Origin: Macrostomum lignano
Lineage: Eukaryota
DNA: 57,386 nucleotides
Reading direction: 5' to 3'
NCBI GenBank assembly: GCA_002269645.1
Contig: NIVC01002939.1
Span: 1 to 57,386, forward strand
Within the stretch, counting starts at the first letter, position 1. Every line of letters starts with the position of its first letter. The notes below the pieces were generated by a model. The model was not told the origin of the DNA and did no database searches. It saw only the letters and a list, made by a program, of their open reading frames with translations. The translations under genes and the position numbers were made by a program. Of the stretch, positions 33,501 to 46,470 are shown in pieces.

Positions 33501-35420
33501 GAGTATCCGTGCTGCGGTACAGCCTGTAATTAGCGCCGATCTACTAATACAGGTTACTGACAACAGCAAAACCCAGCTCAATCCTCTGCATGGCATAACA
33601 ATGATCGACAATAAAGCACTTTAAATCCATGACTTGACACGTTTGAACCGTCTTCCGCAGATGTCTGAAGACCTCGGCAGCGTCGCGGAGACCAGCCTCC
33701 CGCCAGTGTCAATAATTCCCCAGGGAATTTCCATCTCGTCACTGCAGCGCGATCTACATGTAGAGGAACTGGGAGATGCTGATGATGAGGCTCCAGGTCA
33801 TTGCGGTGCCTATTTTGTCATAGTCGGCCGGATTCGACCGGTGAAAAACTGCTGCTCAGTCCTGGAGCCGTTCCGCCAGTGGAAGCTGGAACAGTGCGAT
33901 GAAGCCAGGCTATCCCAAGTTCAATTATTATTTGTCGGAGATATTGTAGGTGATGCTGTATTTACTTAACTACTGACATGAATGCAAATCATATACTACT
34001 GATAGTAGTGCAAAAATGAGAAAAAAATTTTTGTCTTATCTTTAGAAGTCGTTTATTTCTGTTTTTCTTACCTTCTAGGAGGACTCAAAATATGGCGAAG
34101 AATTCCAAGCAAGAGTTCAAGAGTAAGTTTTTAAATGATACGCTCGTGTTGATAAGTGATCGACTTAGGGTGCATTTCACCCGTTATGGACTTGAATTTG
34201 ACCTTCCAGCATGCCTGATGTGCATCAGCTGCGCGGTGTTGGGCACAGACAGGCGCTTCGGATAATGCACCAGTCTCTCGGCCTCATCAACTGCTCACTA
34301 AGCGAGGGCCAATCAAATTCTGTTCTCGAGGTGCGGGAGATTCGATAGTTGAATGTAATTAGGCAACCGAAGCTACTCAAGCTCTAAACTACCCAAGCTC
34401 GAAACTAACCAAGCTCGAAACTACCCAAGCTCGAAACTACCCAAGCTCGAAACTACCCAAGCTCGAAACTAACCAAGCTCGAAGCTACTCGAGCTCGAAA
34501 ATACTCAAGCTCGAAACTACTCAAGCTCGAAACTAACCAAGCTCGAAACTAACCAAGCTCGAAACTACTCAAGCTCTAAACTACCCAAGCTCGAAACTAA
34601 CCAAGCTCGAAACTAACCAAGCTCGAAACTACCCAAGCTCGAAACTACCCAAGATCGAAGCTACTCAAGCTGTAAACTACCCAAGCTCGAAGCTAACCAA
34701 GCTCGAAGCTACTCAAGCTCGAAACTACCAAAGCTCGAAACTAAACAAGCTCGAAGCTACTCAAGCTCGAAACTACCCAAGCTCGAAACTACCCAAGCTC
34801 GAAGCTACTCAAGCTCGAAGCTACTCAAGCTCGAAACTACTCAAGCTCGAAACTACCAAGCTCGAAACTACACACTCCTAAAGCTGCTCCCAAGCCGAAA
34901 ACGAATCCCATGCGTAAAATGCTTCAAACTTGAAGTCTGTCCATATCCGTCTCAAAAAACCTTGCATTCCAGGCCATGTCCCTGGGCGTGCCAACAATAG
35001 TAAGCGCAGTGCCTGGCAACACGGACCTGGTCAAACACCTGGAGACCGGATTTGTATTTGGGAACGACGAGGTTGGTATATTTTCGGCGATTTCAATATT
35101 GAATGAAAAAACGCACGATTGAACAACGTACATGTTGTCCTTTATCGAGAACACGTATGGACACTTTTTTCTCAGAAAACGTTGGATTCTTTGGATTCTG
35201 GCAATACGACCTACTTTTTTTACAGCCTTACGCTTACTTTTTCCAAAAACCAATGCAGCAACTCATCAGATGCCTCTCACTGGTTGCATCCGAGATCAAG
35301 GCTGACCAAGCTCTCGTCCAATCCGTCACTGAATCAGCCAAGCTGTTTGTCCAACGAAGTCACGACATCGATGCGGAGCTGAAGGCGTACGTTGAGCTTA
35401 TTGAAGACTGCGTTCGGTGA
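30559..35420 (+). CDS. GLT1D1: Glycosyltransferase 1 domain-containing protein 1 (GT4/GT-B fold), 8 exons
   Basis: Exons 30559-30635, ~32535-32792, 32889-32937, 33661-33945, 34079-34122, 34210-34330, 34973-35071, 35259-35420. Motifs MERLRLIFV..GNYNTALRI, LCLHLYR..GGTDLNED, VGRIRPVKN, INCSLSEGQSNSVLEAMSLGVP..VPGN..VKHLETG and RSHDIDAELKAY match human GLT1D1 (MRLLFL..GNAVTAQRV, LALHLYR..GGTDVNED, NSSVSEGMSAAILEAM..IPGN..VKHEVTG). The GT4 EX7E motif is intact. The exon 2 acceptor is uncertain. Confidence 0.88.
30662..32430. repeat. 16-bp minisatellite (AGTGTCTCACCTGGTC and variants), about 110 copies, GLT1D1 intron 1
   Basis: Period 16 with blocks of variants (TAA/CAC/CCC, AGAGGC); source of the 552-556 aa artefact ORFs. 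Confidence 0.97.
33120..33365. repeat. 30-bp minisatellite (GTGGTGCTGGCGCCCCTGGTGCAAAAACCC), about 8 near-perfect copies, GLT1D1 intron 3
   Basis: Tandem units read from the sequence. Confidence 0.95.
34370..34872. repeat. 16-bp minisatellite (ACTACCCAAGCTCGAA), about 31 copies, GLT1D1 intron 6
   Basis: Tandem units read from the sequence. Confidence 0.95.
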
Positions 35421-35479
35421 AAATCTGGAATGATCGAACACTGAAGGGCTGGAGGTTTGGGGCATTTACTCGGAGAGTT

Positions 35480-35762
35480 GAGGGGTTGTGGACACCCACA
35501 GCAGAGCCTATGGGGTTTTTGGAGACCCATAGAGCAGTGTCTATGAGGTTGTGCAGTCTATATGGGGTTAGACACCCACAGCAGTCTATATGAGGGTTGT
35601 GGATATCCCACAGCAGAGTCTATGTGGGTTGTGTGGACACCCACAGCAGAGTCTATGAGGGTTGCGGACACCCACAGCAGAGTCTACTATGAGGGTTGTG
35701 GATACCCAGCAGAGTCTATATGTGGTTTTAGACACCAACAGCAGAGTCTATGTGGTTGTGGA
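35480..35762. repeat. ~31-bp degenerate minisatellite (GTGGACACCCACAGCAGAGTCTATGAGGGTT) just 3' of the GLT1D1 stop
   Basis: About 8 degenerate units. Confidence 0.85.
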
Positions 35763-37322
35763 CTATCATTGCAAAAATTACGTCACCGCAGTTTTAAAGT
35801 AAAGCAGCGCGCTTGATTGCATGGTAAAAAATGAGTTGGTTATTTATTGCGCATGCCAAAAGAAATACTTTTTTAACTTTACGCGTGCATTAACTATACT
35901 TCAAAGCGCATGTGCTATGTATTTTTGATTTTCTTGTTGTTGCTTTTCCACATTAATTTTGTATGTTAACGTTATGCCTGCCGAATGACGGCCTAACAGC
36001 TATAGAATTTTAGAGAATTTTTTGTAGAATTGTAGTTAAAACTCCAGATCAACGAATAGCCTGGCCAACTGCATTACAGAAGGACGCTGCCACTCGATTT
36101 TCTTAGAAATGATCGTGGTTAACAATATCTTTAAATAATTTATTTTTTAGAACAAATCAGTCACACTAATATAATATACATGTATTAAACTCGATATAGA
36201 CAACCGATAGCGCTAAATGGGCCGGGTTTAATTGACATTAGACAAGAGGATTCTTGAGAGGAAAATCGAATGTAGCATCCTTCGACTTCTGTCGCCTGAT
36301 TTGATTAGCTATTAGTAGCCAATACATGTGAAGTAAGCTTTTATTCACAAACATCATGATATTACAAACTGTATAAGACAGTCAGAATGCACTCTTTAAT
36401 TGAGGTCATTCCAAATATATAAAGGCCACGAAAACGTCTTTCATCAGAAACTCTCTCTTTCGTTATTTTTTTCAACAATAACTAGACTTACTACCGCGAG
36501 AATCTACAGAAGTAGATTTACTGAGTTGACCTTGCATGTTCTGTTAACGTAACTGCAACAGCAGAAAATTTTAGTAGAAAATTTCCGCAAGTTTATATTT
36601 TCCTGAGGTTTTAATATTTTAAAAACAATAGCAGAAAAGTTAAAAAAGCAATTTTGTTAAAACAGTGACCGATAAACAAACTTAAAAATTTCTAGGAACT
36701 TTATTAGTACAGATAAGCCTACTACGCCTATGTATAACTGTAATGCAGGGGTTGGAAAACTATTTTAGACTACCTCAGCTCAAGGGCCAGATAAAGAATC
36801 CAGTGCATAACTGCGAGCCAGAGAAGGGAAGAGAAAAGAAGAAATAAGAGAATTAAGACGAGAGGAAAGTAGAGAGGAGAGAGAGAGTCTCTTTTTCAAA
36901 AGCAAGACTGAAGTAATTCAAGTTTGGTTGATAAAATATTTCTGATTTTCTGAAAAAAAATTTCTGACAGTTAGGCCCTGAGTCAGGAGTGCCCAAAATG
37001 ACGAAAAACTAGGGGCCTACAATTTTTTGGCCTAGTGGTAAGCAGTGTAAGCACTAGCAGTAAGGCAACCTTCAGTCAGTCAAATCCCCTATGCAAGATA
37101 TAAAATTTTGAGTAGGGCCCTAAGTAATTATTACTATTTTTTAGCTTGATTAGCCTACTTTCTTTAAATAAGTCTGGTTTTAATAAGGGCCTAGAATCAT
37201 AATTTTATTCTATATTATTTTTGTCAGGGGTCCATGAGTTTGATTTGATTGCAGGTATTTTGCTTATTACATTTATACTTTTGCACAAATATTGCTTGCT
37301 AAAGAATTGGGTGATCCTTCTG

Positions 37323-37732
37323 TACCCCCCCCATAAATTCAGGAAAGTAGTTTTTTGAAAGAAAACGATAGGCCTAATAGAAGTAAGGTGACACTTTTAT
37401 CTTTTATTCCTAGTATAGCATTGTCATTGTGTGTGTGTATATTTGTTTAAATATTATGAATTTAAATTGATTATACTATACTTTACTATACCAGACTGTA
37501 CTTTTTGTTTCATTTTCAATTTTGGAGTTCATTTGGAAACATCATTTTGGTGCCAACATGTTCCGAAACCTGATTTAGACCTACTGAATCCGGCATTACT
37601 ATCCTTGCTAATGGACTGCTCTACTATCTATCTACTATATGTGCTAATATAAGATAAAAATGCCACCTGGCACTTTACTTCTATTATCGTTTTCTTTTGA
37701 AAAAACTACTTTCCTAAATTTATAGGAGGGTA
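37323..37732. mobile_element. MITE-like element with ~85-110-bp imperfect inverted arms
   Basis: ATAAATTCAGGAAAGTAGTTTTTTGAAAGAAAACGATA..AATAGAAGTAAGGTG (37333-37390) is the reverse complement of CACTTTACTTCTATTATCGTTTTCTTTTGAAAAAACTACTTTCCTAAATTTAT (37671-37723). Confidence 0.6.
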
Positions 37733-38034
37733 TAGTAAGATTGCCAAGAATTGGTTGCTTTTTCAAAGATTTCTTTTAAGAATTGCTTAGGGCCTAAGCA
37801 AGCCCTACCTTATCTAGATTCTATGATTGCTTGCTAAAAATTATTTGCCAAAGATTATTTGCAAGAAAATTGTTTGCTGAGCAATTGCTTGCCAAGGATT
37901 TCTTGCTACATATTATAATTATAAGCCACATTTTAATTGCTAAAGCTTGTTTAAGCCTAGTTAATTGATTAGGCCTAATTCATTTATAATGGCTTTTGTC
38001 CTAATTAGGCCTATTTAAATTTAAACTTTGTACA

Positions 38035-38040
<6 letters not shown>

Positions 38041-38078
<38 letters not shown>
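38041..38078. repeat. (AT)n microsatellite
   Basis: Pure AT dinucleotide run. Confidence 0.9.
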
Positions 38079-38081
<3 letters not shown>

Positions 38082-40163
38082 TAGCTGAATAAGGAAAGAA
38101 GACAAAAAATGGATAGGGCCTGACTAGGCCTATAAAAAATTAGATCCAGAATTATTATATATTGTGAATATTAAGAATATAATCTTAGATCACAGGATCC
38201 TTAGATTAGACCTAAAGCCTTGCCCCATTAGAATAAATTTCTTAAAGTCTATAGATGAAAGCCAAGCATCACCCATTTTATATACCAAATATACTAAGCA
38301 TAATATATACTTTGTACACTAAATATCCTTCAAAGAATTAGGAATATTGCATTAGGCCCATACCATAGCATAGTCTGGATCATATTGGGTGCACACCTGA
38401 ACAAAAATTGAATAATTACAAATGCATGCCAAAAAATTGAGTGCATGTCTATTCTTAAATCTTAAAACTATAATAGTGTTGCAACAATAAATGACATTTT
38501 TTACATAATAACAATAAAAGATCTTTTTTAAATTGAATAATAGACTTTTTGGCATAAAATTTGATGAATTTTTCTGCTTTTTTGGTGATATTATTTATAC
38601 TAGAAAATTGATACATGCAAAGATTTGTTTAAATGCATTTAAATGCAAATTAGTACTAAACCACACTCAGGAAGGTTACTGTATGCCAGAATTTTCTGGT
38701 GTACCATTGAAGAGTTTGGCTGTTTTAATATACCACTTTGGTATACCACTTTAAGCTTGAGAAATTTTTGGCATACCACTTCGAGCTTAAGAAACTTTTG
38801 GCACACCCATTGCAATAGTTTTTATTTTACAAAACAATGTGCACACTTTTTATGACAGCAAGAGTTTCAAAAAATTCCATTTTCATTTACAATACTAATG
38901 GTGTTTTTCCAATATAAAGTTTTAAAAACTTTTTTCTTGTTTTAAAATTCATTAGTAATAATAGTTTTGCTTATTGTAAGATGTTATAAAAAAGTTTTTG
39001 TTTAATTAAAGAACATTTTTTGGAAAATTTAGAAAATGTAAGGTTTCTAAATGTGGTTTAACTTTACATGCTAGATTTTTGCGATATAAAAGTGGCAATG
39101 TTTAAAATCCGTGTTGCAACAACAAAAGGGTCCTTGAATTGTTGCAAAAGCTGCAAAAAAGGTCTTTTATTGTTGTAAGCGCAAATTGCAAAAAGGTCTT
39201 TTTACTATCACAACTACAAAAAAGGTGGCGTACCTTTTTAATAAAAGGCATTTTTTTCTGGTGTACCATGCTGCACCATCCAAACTATGGGTACTTAATA
39301 GCTAATAAACAATAAATTTAGTTTAAGCAAAGTGACTATCAAAAAAACTTAAAAATAATTCTAATATCTTAAGATCATAGATAGCAATTCACAATCATGC
39401 ATGTATCATCTCTGAACTTATATTGACCATATGATTTAGTTTTGCAACAAAAAAATTAAAATATGTCAATAGATAATCAAATTTTGTCACAAAATTATTT
39501 GAGTCATCAATTTTGCAACTTGTCCATAGTCTACTGCAATTGATTTGATAAGGCTTGCTAGCATGCGTACATATGCGCATGCATGCTAGCAATGAAATGT
39601 CTAAACTATAAATGCCAAAAAATATATATAAAAATTTTTTTATAGTCATGCTTTTTTACCTTTCGGTTATGTTTCAGTTATAAAATAAACCTTAAATATC
39701 TTTATGAAAAGTATTGTCTGCAAAGTATAATTATATTTTTACAATTCTCTTTCTGCCAATTACATATTGATCTTATAACTAGTATAAGAACAGAATGATA
39801 TAACATATTTGATTAAAAATATAGTGCATCTTGGTTGATATTTAACATTTTTTAAACCTTGCAATAAGGATATGAAAAGCATAGCTTAAGTATTATAACA
39901 AACTAAAAATTTGCATTGTATCAAGTAGATTGAATAATTTCATAACCACAATATACAAGTGTATATACTGAATAAGTAAAATGAATATTAATTTTCCATT
40001 GATGCTGTCACGTGCAAGGCTAAAAAACAAGCGCCTTCATTCTTAGTTCTTAGCAAGTTCACCTATAATCATCAAGCACATTTGCAGAATCCATTGTACT
40101 GTTACACTAGACGATTCCTTTTCTTGAAAAAGCTAAAAATAGAGCCGCTATTCTATAAAGATA

Positions 40164-43100
40164 ATGCAAAGAAAGCGCAAATGGGAGCCAGGGAGGGGCA
40201 ACTTGAAGCAGGTGGTGTTTCTAACACAGGAAGACAAGGAGCAGGGTGCTCAAGCTAGCTGGGAGCAGCTGGAAATTGTTGGAAATATTCACATCTTCCC
40301 GCCTGACCTGTGCAACATGACCTACCTGAAGTATTTGTTCATGGGACACAATCAGCTTGCCAGCATACCACCTGAGATCTCGTTGCTTAAGAATTTGGTG
40401 CACTTGGATCTGTCCTACAATCAGCTGAAATCTCTGCCACCACAGATTGGCGCTTTGACTGAACTCAAGGAGCTGCACTTGCAGGTGCGTTCTGTCTTCT
40501 GCCTCTGTGGGAACACTGACTGAAGGATCAGGAGTCCCTTGACTGACTGAAGGATCAGGGGTCCCTTGACTGACTGAAGGATCAGGAGTCCCTTGACTGA
40601 CTGAAGGATCAGGGGTCCCTTGACTGACTGAAGGATCAGGAGTCCCTTGACTGACTGAAGGATCAGGGGTCCCTTGACTGACTGAAGGATCAGGGGTCCC
40701 TTGACTGACTGAAGGATCAGGGGTCCCTTGACTGACTGAAGGATCAGGGGTTCTTTGACTGACTGAAGGATCAGGGGTCCCTTGACTGACTGAAGGATCA
40801 GGGGTCCCTTGACTGACTGAAGGATCAGGGGTCCCTTGACTGACTGAAGGATCAGGGGTCCCTTGACTGACTGAAGGATCAGGGGTCCCTTGACTGACTG
40901 AAGGATCAGGGGTCCCTTGACTGACTGAAGGATCAGAGGACGCTTGACGGACTGATCGATCAGGGGTCCCTTGACTGATTGAAGGATCAGGGGTCCCTTG
41001 ACTGACTGAAGGACCATGGGTCCTCTTTCATTGGGGGACCATTGAGTACTCTATCTCACATTAAGTCCTCTATCTCACTGAGGGACCATTGAGTAGTCTA
41101 TCTCACTGAGGGAGGGACCATTGAGTACCCTTATCTCATTGAGGGACCATTGAGTCCTTTATCTCACTGATGGACCATTGAGTAGTCTATCTCACTGAAG
41201 GACCATTGAGTCCTCTATCTCACTGAGGGAGGGACTATTGAGTACTCTTATCTCATTGAGGGACCATTGAGTACTTTATCTCACTGAGGGACCATGGGTC
41301 CTCTGACTGACTGAAAGACCATGGGTCCTCTGACCTCAAGCATAGTGAAGGATATACTTGACTGTCCTGTGCACATGCTACAAGTTCAGTCGTATCAAAG
41401 CAAAAAACGAAGCATTAAAGTTTTCTTTTTACATTCTCCCAGGGCAACCAGATTCGCAACCTGCCCATGCAAATTGGCCGCCTATTCCAACTGAACGTGC
41501 TGAATTTGCACAATAATCCATTGAATCCGGAGGTGGCCCAGCTGTACAACACTGAGGGCGTGCATCGAATGCTGAGCTGGTACCTGGATAATGAAAGTGA
41601 GTTCTGTTTTGTACCTGTTCACACTTGGAGGTTCTTCTTATTTTATTCATTATCATTAAATTTGCTTTAGTGCACTGTTACCATACATCGTTCACCCACC
41701 CGATTCACCAATCGTTCACCCAAACGGTTCACGAACCGTTCACCTACCTGGTTCACCCATCGTTCACCAAACCGATTCACCAATCGTTCACCCACTTGAT
41801 TCACCAATCGTCCACCCACCCGATTCACCAGCTGTTCATCCACACGATTCACCAGTTGCTCACCCACCTGATTCACCAACTGTTCATCCACCCGATTCAC
41901 CAGTTGTTCACCCACCGGATTCACCAGCTGTTCACCCACCCGATTCACCAGTTGTTCATCCACCTGATTCACCAGTTGTTCACCCACCCGATTCACCAGT
42001 TGTTCACCACCCGATTCACCAGTTGTTCACCAAATCCTTCACCCACCCAATTCACCAAATCCTTCACCCACCCGATTCACCAGTTGCTCACCCACCCGAT
42101 TCACCAGTTGTTCACCCACCCGATTCACCAGTTGTTCACACACTCGATTCACCCTCAGGCCTGTCGATGCCACCGCCGCCTCCGCCCAGCCGCAACTGGC
42201 GCTACCTCCGCAATCCGTCTGACGTGAATGAGAGCATCGCCTTCACCCTGATGTGCTACAACGTCCTGTGCGAAGGCTACGCCACTCGCAAGCAATATCC
42301 CTACTGCCCCAGCTGGGCGTTGCTATGGGACTATAGGCGCAGAGGCATCATGACGGAGATTCGAGTCTACCAAGCCGACATCATCTGCCTGCAGGAAGTG
42401 GAAACTGAACAATTCTCGGTGTTCTTCAAACCCGAACTGGCCAAAGACGGCTACGATGGGATATTCAGTCCCAAGAGCCGAGCCAAGACCATGTCGGCCA
42501 GCGAGAGTCGCTACGTTGACGGCGTTGCCATATTCTGGAAGAAGGAGCGATTCACCCTCATCAAGGAGGACGTTATCGAGTTTTCGCGCATGGCCGTTGA
42601 GCGCTACGAGACCGATTGCAAGGTTAGAATTGGCTCTGTTATACGCGGGATTTTTGAGATTATCTTTTCATTAGTTTGTTGTTAATGGGAGAATTTTCCA
42701 ATATCTTATCCCTATTGTATCTACGGAAGATTTTCCCCATTCCCCATATTATATGTATGGGAGAATTTTGCCATTTCATATATGGTATCCATAAGTGATT
42801 TTTCGAATTCCATATATGGTATCCATTGGAGATTCTTCCCATTCCATATATGGTATCCATGGGAGATTCTTCCCATTCCATATATGGTATCCATGTGAGA
42901 TTCTTCCCATTCCATATATGGTATCCATGGGAGATTGTTTCCATTCCATATATGGTATCCATGTGAGATTCTTCCCATTCCATATATGGTATCCATGGGA
43001 GATTGTTTCCATTCTATATATGGTATCCATGGCAGAATTTTCCCATTCCATATATGGTATCCATGGGAGATTCTTCCCATTCCATATATGGTATTATGGG

Positions 43101-45115
43101 ACAGTCTTCCCATTCCGTATATGGTAACCATGGTATAATCTTCCTATTCCGTATATGGTATCTATAGGAGAATCTTCATTCCATATACGGTATCTATGGA
43201 AGAATTTCCCATTCCATATTTGGTATCTATGGGAGCATCTTCCCCATTGTCAATCCCCATGGAATTTGTAGAAGTAGATAAATCTGCTCGCCCCAAGGAA
43301 CCCTATAAATTGTCTCCATTCCTATTTGTCGAATCCCAAATCCCACAGGAAAGCCAGGAGATGATAAACCGCGTGATGCTCAAAGACAACATCGCCGTGA
43401 TGGCCATCTTTGAGGTTCGCGACGAGATTAGCGGTGGCCCGCCCAGACAGATGGTGGTGTCCACCGCACACATCCACTGGGACCCGGAGTTCTGCGATGT
43501 CAAACTAATCCAGACCATACTGCTGCTGTCGGCTCTGTGGAAGAAGATCGAGAATCACATGATCGAGAGTCAGGGTGCAGATCAGAAAGGCCAGGTTGAT
43601 GTCACCAACATGCCTGTGATCATTTGCGGCGATTTCAACTCTCTGCCAGACTCCGGTGAGTGATGGCGCCTCCTATATCCTTATCTAACTTTGAGTTAAA
43701 AATTCCTAGAAATCAAAATTCTTAGAAGCTTTACACATAAAAAGCCTGAGAATAAAAATATTAAGATATTAATTACCATAAAAACTATTTCTAGTAGACC
43801 GCTTTGTTAATTTCGCATACAGGATCCGAATTCTGGATGCCAATTTTTTTAGCTAATGTGTTAATAAGTCCAGTACACTTCAATCTGTACAGTACAGGGG
43901 GGCCGTAGCCCAGCGGTAGCGCAGCTGCTCTGGTGTGCCGCGACCCAGGCTCGATTCCAAGTGCAGTCACATTAATTTGGGGCTGAATTGGAATCTCGGC
44001 TTGGCTCGCTTGTGCAATTAACGGCCTTGAGAGCCAACCCCCCCCCCCCCCCCAAGGCGCAGTGAAGTGTACATGCCTAACAATTGATAAAGTTAGGGCC
44101 GCTGTACACTCCTGTGTGAGTGTGTGCCTGCGTAACGTATCCGCGCGCTTGTATGCCTGCTCAGGGGAGTCGGCGGAATGGGCAGCAATGCCTCTCGCCG
44201 GTTGTGTGCCAATGACGCTTAAATTGCGCCAGGGTGCACACAACCCCCCTGCCTCTAATAAAAAAAATCTGTACAGTACTCAATATGTGCAGTACACCTC
44301 AATCTGTACAAGTGCACAACTATATGTAAAGTACACCACAATATGTACAGCAGACCTCAGTATGTACAGTGAACCTCAAAATGTACAGTACACCTCAATA
44401 TGTACAGCAGACCTCAATATGTACAGCAGACCTCAATATGTACAGTAAACCTCAAAATGTACAGTTCATTTCAATAAATACAGTAGACCTCAATATGTAC
44501 AGGCACACCTCAATATGTACAGTTCACCTCAGTATGTAAGATACACTTCAATAAGTACAGTACACCTCAATATGTAGAGTAGACTTCAATATGTACAGTA
44601 GACCTCAATATGTACAGTATACTACAGCTCCATACGTGCAGTCCTGAAGCACTTCAATCTTGATCATAAATCATTAGCATTTTGCACATTTCAATGCGAC
44701 TGCAGGCGTGTTCGAGTACCTCACCAACGGCCGTGTGAAGAAGTCTCACCTGGACTTCAAAGAGCTGGGCTACGAGCGAATTCTCGACCGACTGACGCCG
44801 CATCGGTCCCAGCATCAGCCTGACTACCTGGAGCAGGACTTCAACTTGTCCCGCTGCTATCAAGACGACGTCGGCATGCCCTACACGAACTATACCTACG
44901 AGTTCAAGGGCTGCATTGACTATATCTTCTTCACTGAGAGGCACTTTAATAATATTGGCTGCCTTGACATGGTGCCGGAGGCCTGGTTCCAGGAGTCCGC
45001 CATTCTTGGCTGTCCGCATCCTCACGTACCGTCCGATCATTTCTCTCTGCTGGTTGAGCTGGAGCTCAAACCCCAGCACCATCAGCAGCAGCACAGGCAG
45101 CAGCAACAGATGTGA
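40164..45115 (+). CDS. CNOT6: CCR4-NOT subunit 6 / CCR4 deadenylase (LRR plus EEP nuclease), 5 exons
   Basis: Exons 40164-40484, 41443-41596, 42159-42622, 43349-43655, 44706-45115, with consistent phases. LRRs (LxxLxLxxNxLxxLP) are followed by the EEP motifs MCYNVLC, YPYCPSWALLWDYRR, CLQEVE, NRVMLKDN, HIHWDPEFCDVKLIQ, CGDFNSLPDSG, TNYT..F.GCIDYIF and PSDH; the catalytic residues are intact. Confidence 0.96.
40515..41012. repeat. 27-bp minisatellite (ACTGAAGGATCAGGGGTCCCTTGACTG), about 18 copies, CNOT6 intron 1
   Basis: Period 27; source of the (LILQSVKGP)n artefact ORF. Confidence 0.95.
41030..41335. repeat. ~28-31-bp minisatellite (GAGGGACCATTGAGTACTCTATCTCACT), CNOT6 intron 1
   Basis: About 9 degenerate units. 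Confidence 0.85.
41688..42155. repeat. 24-bp minisatellite (CACCCGATTCACCAGTTGTTCACC), about 19 copies, CNOT6 intron 2
   Basis: The array runs up to the acceptor at 42158. Confidence 0.93.
42725..43265. repeat. 34-bp minisatellite (ATTCCATATATGGTATCCATGGGAGATTCTTCCC), about 15 copies, CNOT6 intron 3
   Basis: Period 34. Confidence 0.93.
43896..44265 (+). mobile_element. Full-length tRNA-derived SINE with a 14-bp target-site duplication, CNOT6 intron 4
   Basis: Head GGGGCCGTAGCCCAGCGGTAGCG..CCCAGGCTCGATTCC (A and B boxes), 3' AATAAAAAAAA tail, flanked by AATCTGTACAGTAC at 43882-43895 and 44266-44279. Confidence 0.85.
44270..44625. repeat. ~19-bp degenerate minisatellite (TGTACAGTACACCTCAATA), CNOT6 intron 4
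   Basis: About 17 units; one more unit lies to the left of the SINE. Confidence 0.88.
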
Positions 45116-45234
45116 TCTTTGTGAACTTTATGAGGATTTGGGTCTTAATTGCTAAACTTTGTCTTTATAATTTTAATTTATTTCGAAATCAATGTTGTGA
45201 ACATCACAAAGTTTTTATTGGCTGTTGTCATTGC

Positions 45235-46470
45235 CCAATCTGTGACTATAGTCATTGATCAATCTTTATCTGTAACCATTGATGAGTCATTGATCAGTCA
45301 TTGACTGTAGTCATTGATCAATTCTTTGTCTGTAACCATTGATGAGTCATTGATGAGTCATTGACTGTAGTCATTGATCAATTCTTTGTCTGTAACCATT
45401 GATGAGTCATTGATGAGTCATTGACTGTAGTCATTGATCAATTCTTTGTCTGTAACCATTGATGAGTCATTGATCAGTCATTGACTGTAGTCATTGATCA
45501 ATTCTTTGTCTGTAACCATTGATGAGTCATTGATGAGTCATTGACTGTAGTCATTGATCAATTCTTTGTCTGTAACCATTGATGAGTCATTGACTGTAGT
45601 CATTGATCAATTCTTTATCTGTAACCATTGATGAGTCATTAATGAGTCATTGACTGTAGTCATTGATCAATTCTTTATCTGTTACCATTGATGAGTCATT
45701 GATGAGTCAGTGACTATAGTCATTGATCAATTCTTTATCTGTAACCATTGATGAGTCATTAATGAGTCATTGACTGTAGTCATTGACCAATTCTTTATCT
45801 GTTACCATTGATGAGTCATTGATGAGTCAGTGACTATAGTCATTGATCAATTCTTTATCTGTAACCATTGATGAGTCATTGATGAGTCATTAACTGTAGT
45901 CATTGATGAGTCATTGACTGTAGTCATTGATGAGTCATTGACTGTAGACATTGATGAGTCATTAACTGTAGACATTGATGAGTCATTGACTGTAGTCATT
46001 GATGAGTCATTGACTGTAGTCATTGATGAGTCATTAACTGTAGTCATTGATGAGTCATTGACTGTAGTCATTGATGAGTCATTGACTGTAGTCATTGATG
46101 AGTCATTGACTGTAGACATTGATGAGTCATTAACTGTAGACATTGATGAGTCATTGACTGTAGTCATTGATGAGTCATTGACTGTAGTCATTGATGAGTC
46201 ATTAACTGTAGTCATTGATGAGTCATTAACTGTAGTCATTGATGAGTCATTGACTGTAGTCATTGATGAGTCATTGACTGTAGTCATTGACTGTAGTCAT
46301 TGATGAGTCATGACTGTAGTCATTGATCAGTCATTGGCTGTAGTCATTGATGAGTCATTGACTGTAGTCATTAATGAGTCATTGACTGTAGTCATTGATG
46401 AGTCATCGAGTGTAGTCATTGATGAGAGTCATTGACTGTAGTCATTGATGAGTCATTGATGAGTCATTGC
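45235..46470. repeat. Compound satellite: 60-bp units (about 11) resolving into 24-bp TGACTGTAGTCATTGATGAGTCAT units (about 23)
   Basis: Lines 45301-45540 repeat with period 60; period 24 from about 45900. Confidence 0.95.

Noticed and set aside
36746-36830. hAT/Charlie-like terminus CAGGGGTTGGAAAAC
   Set aside because: No matching inverted end or 8-bp TSD was found nearby, so it is too weak to call
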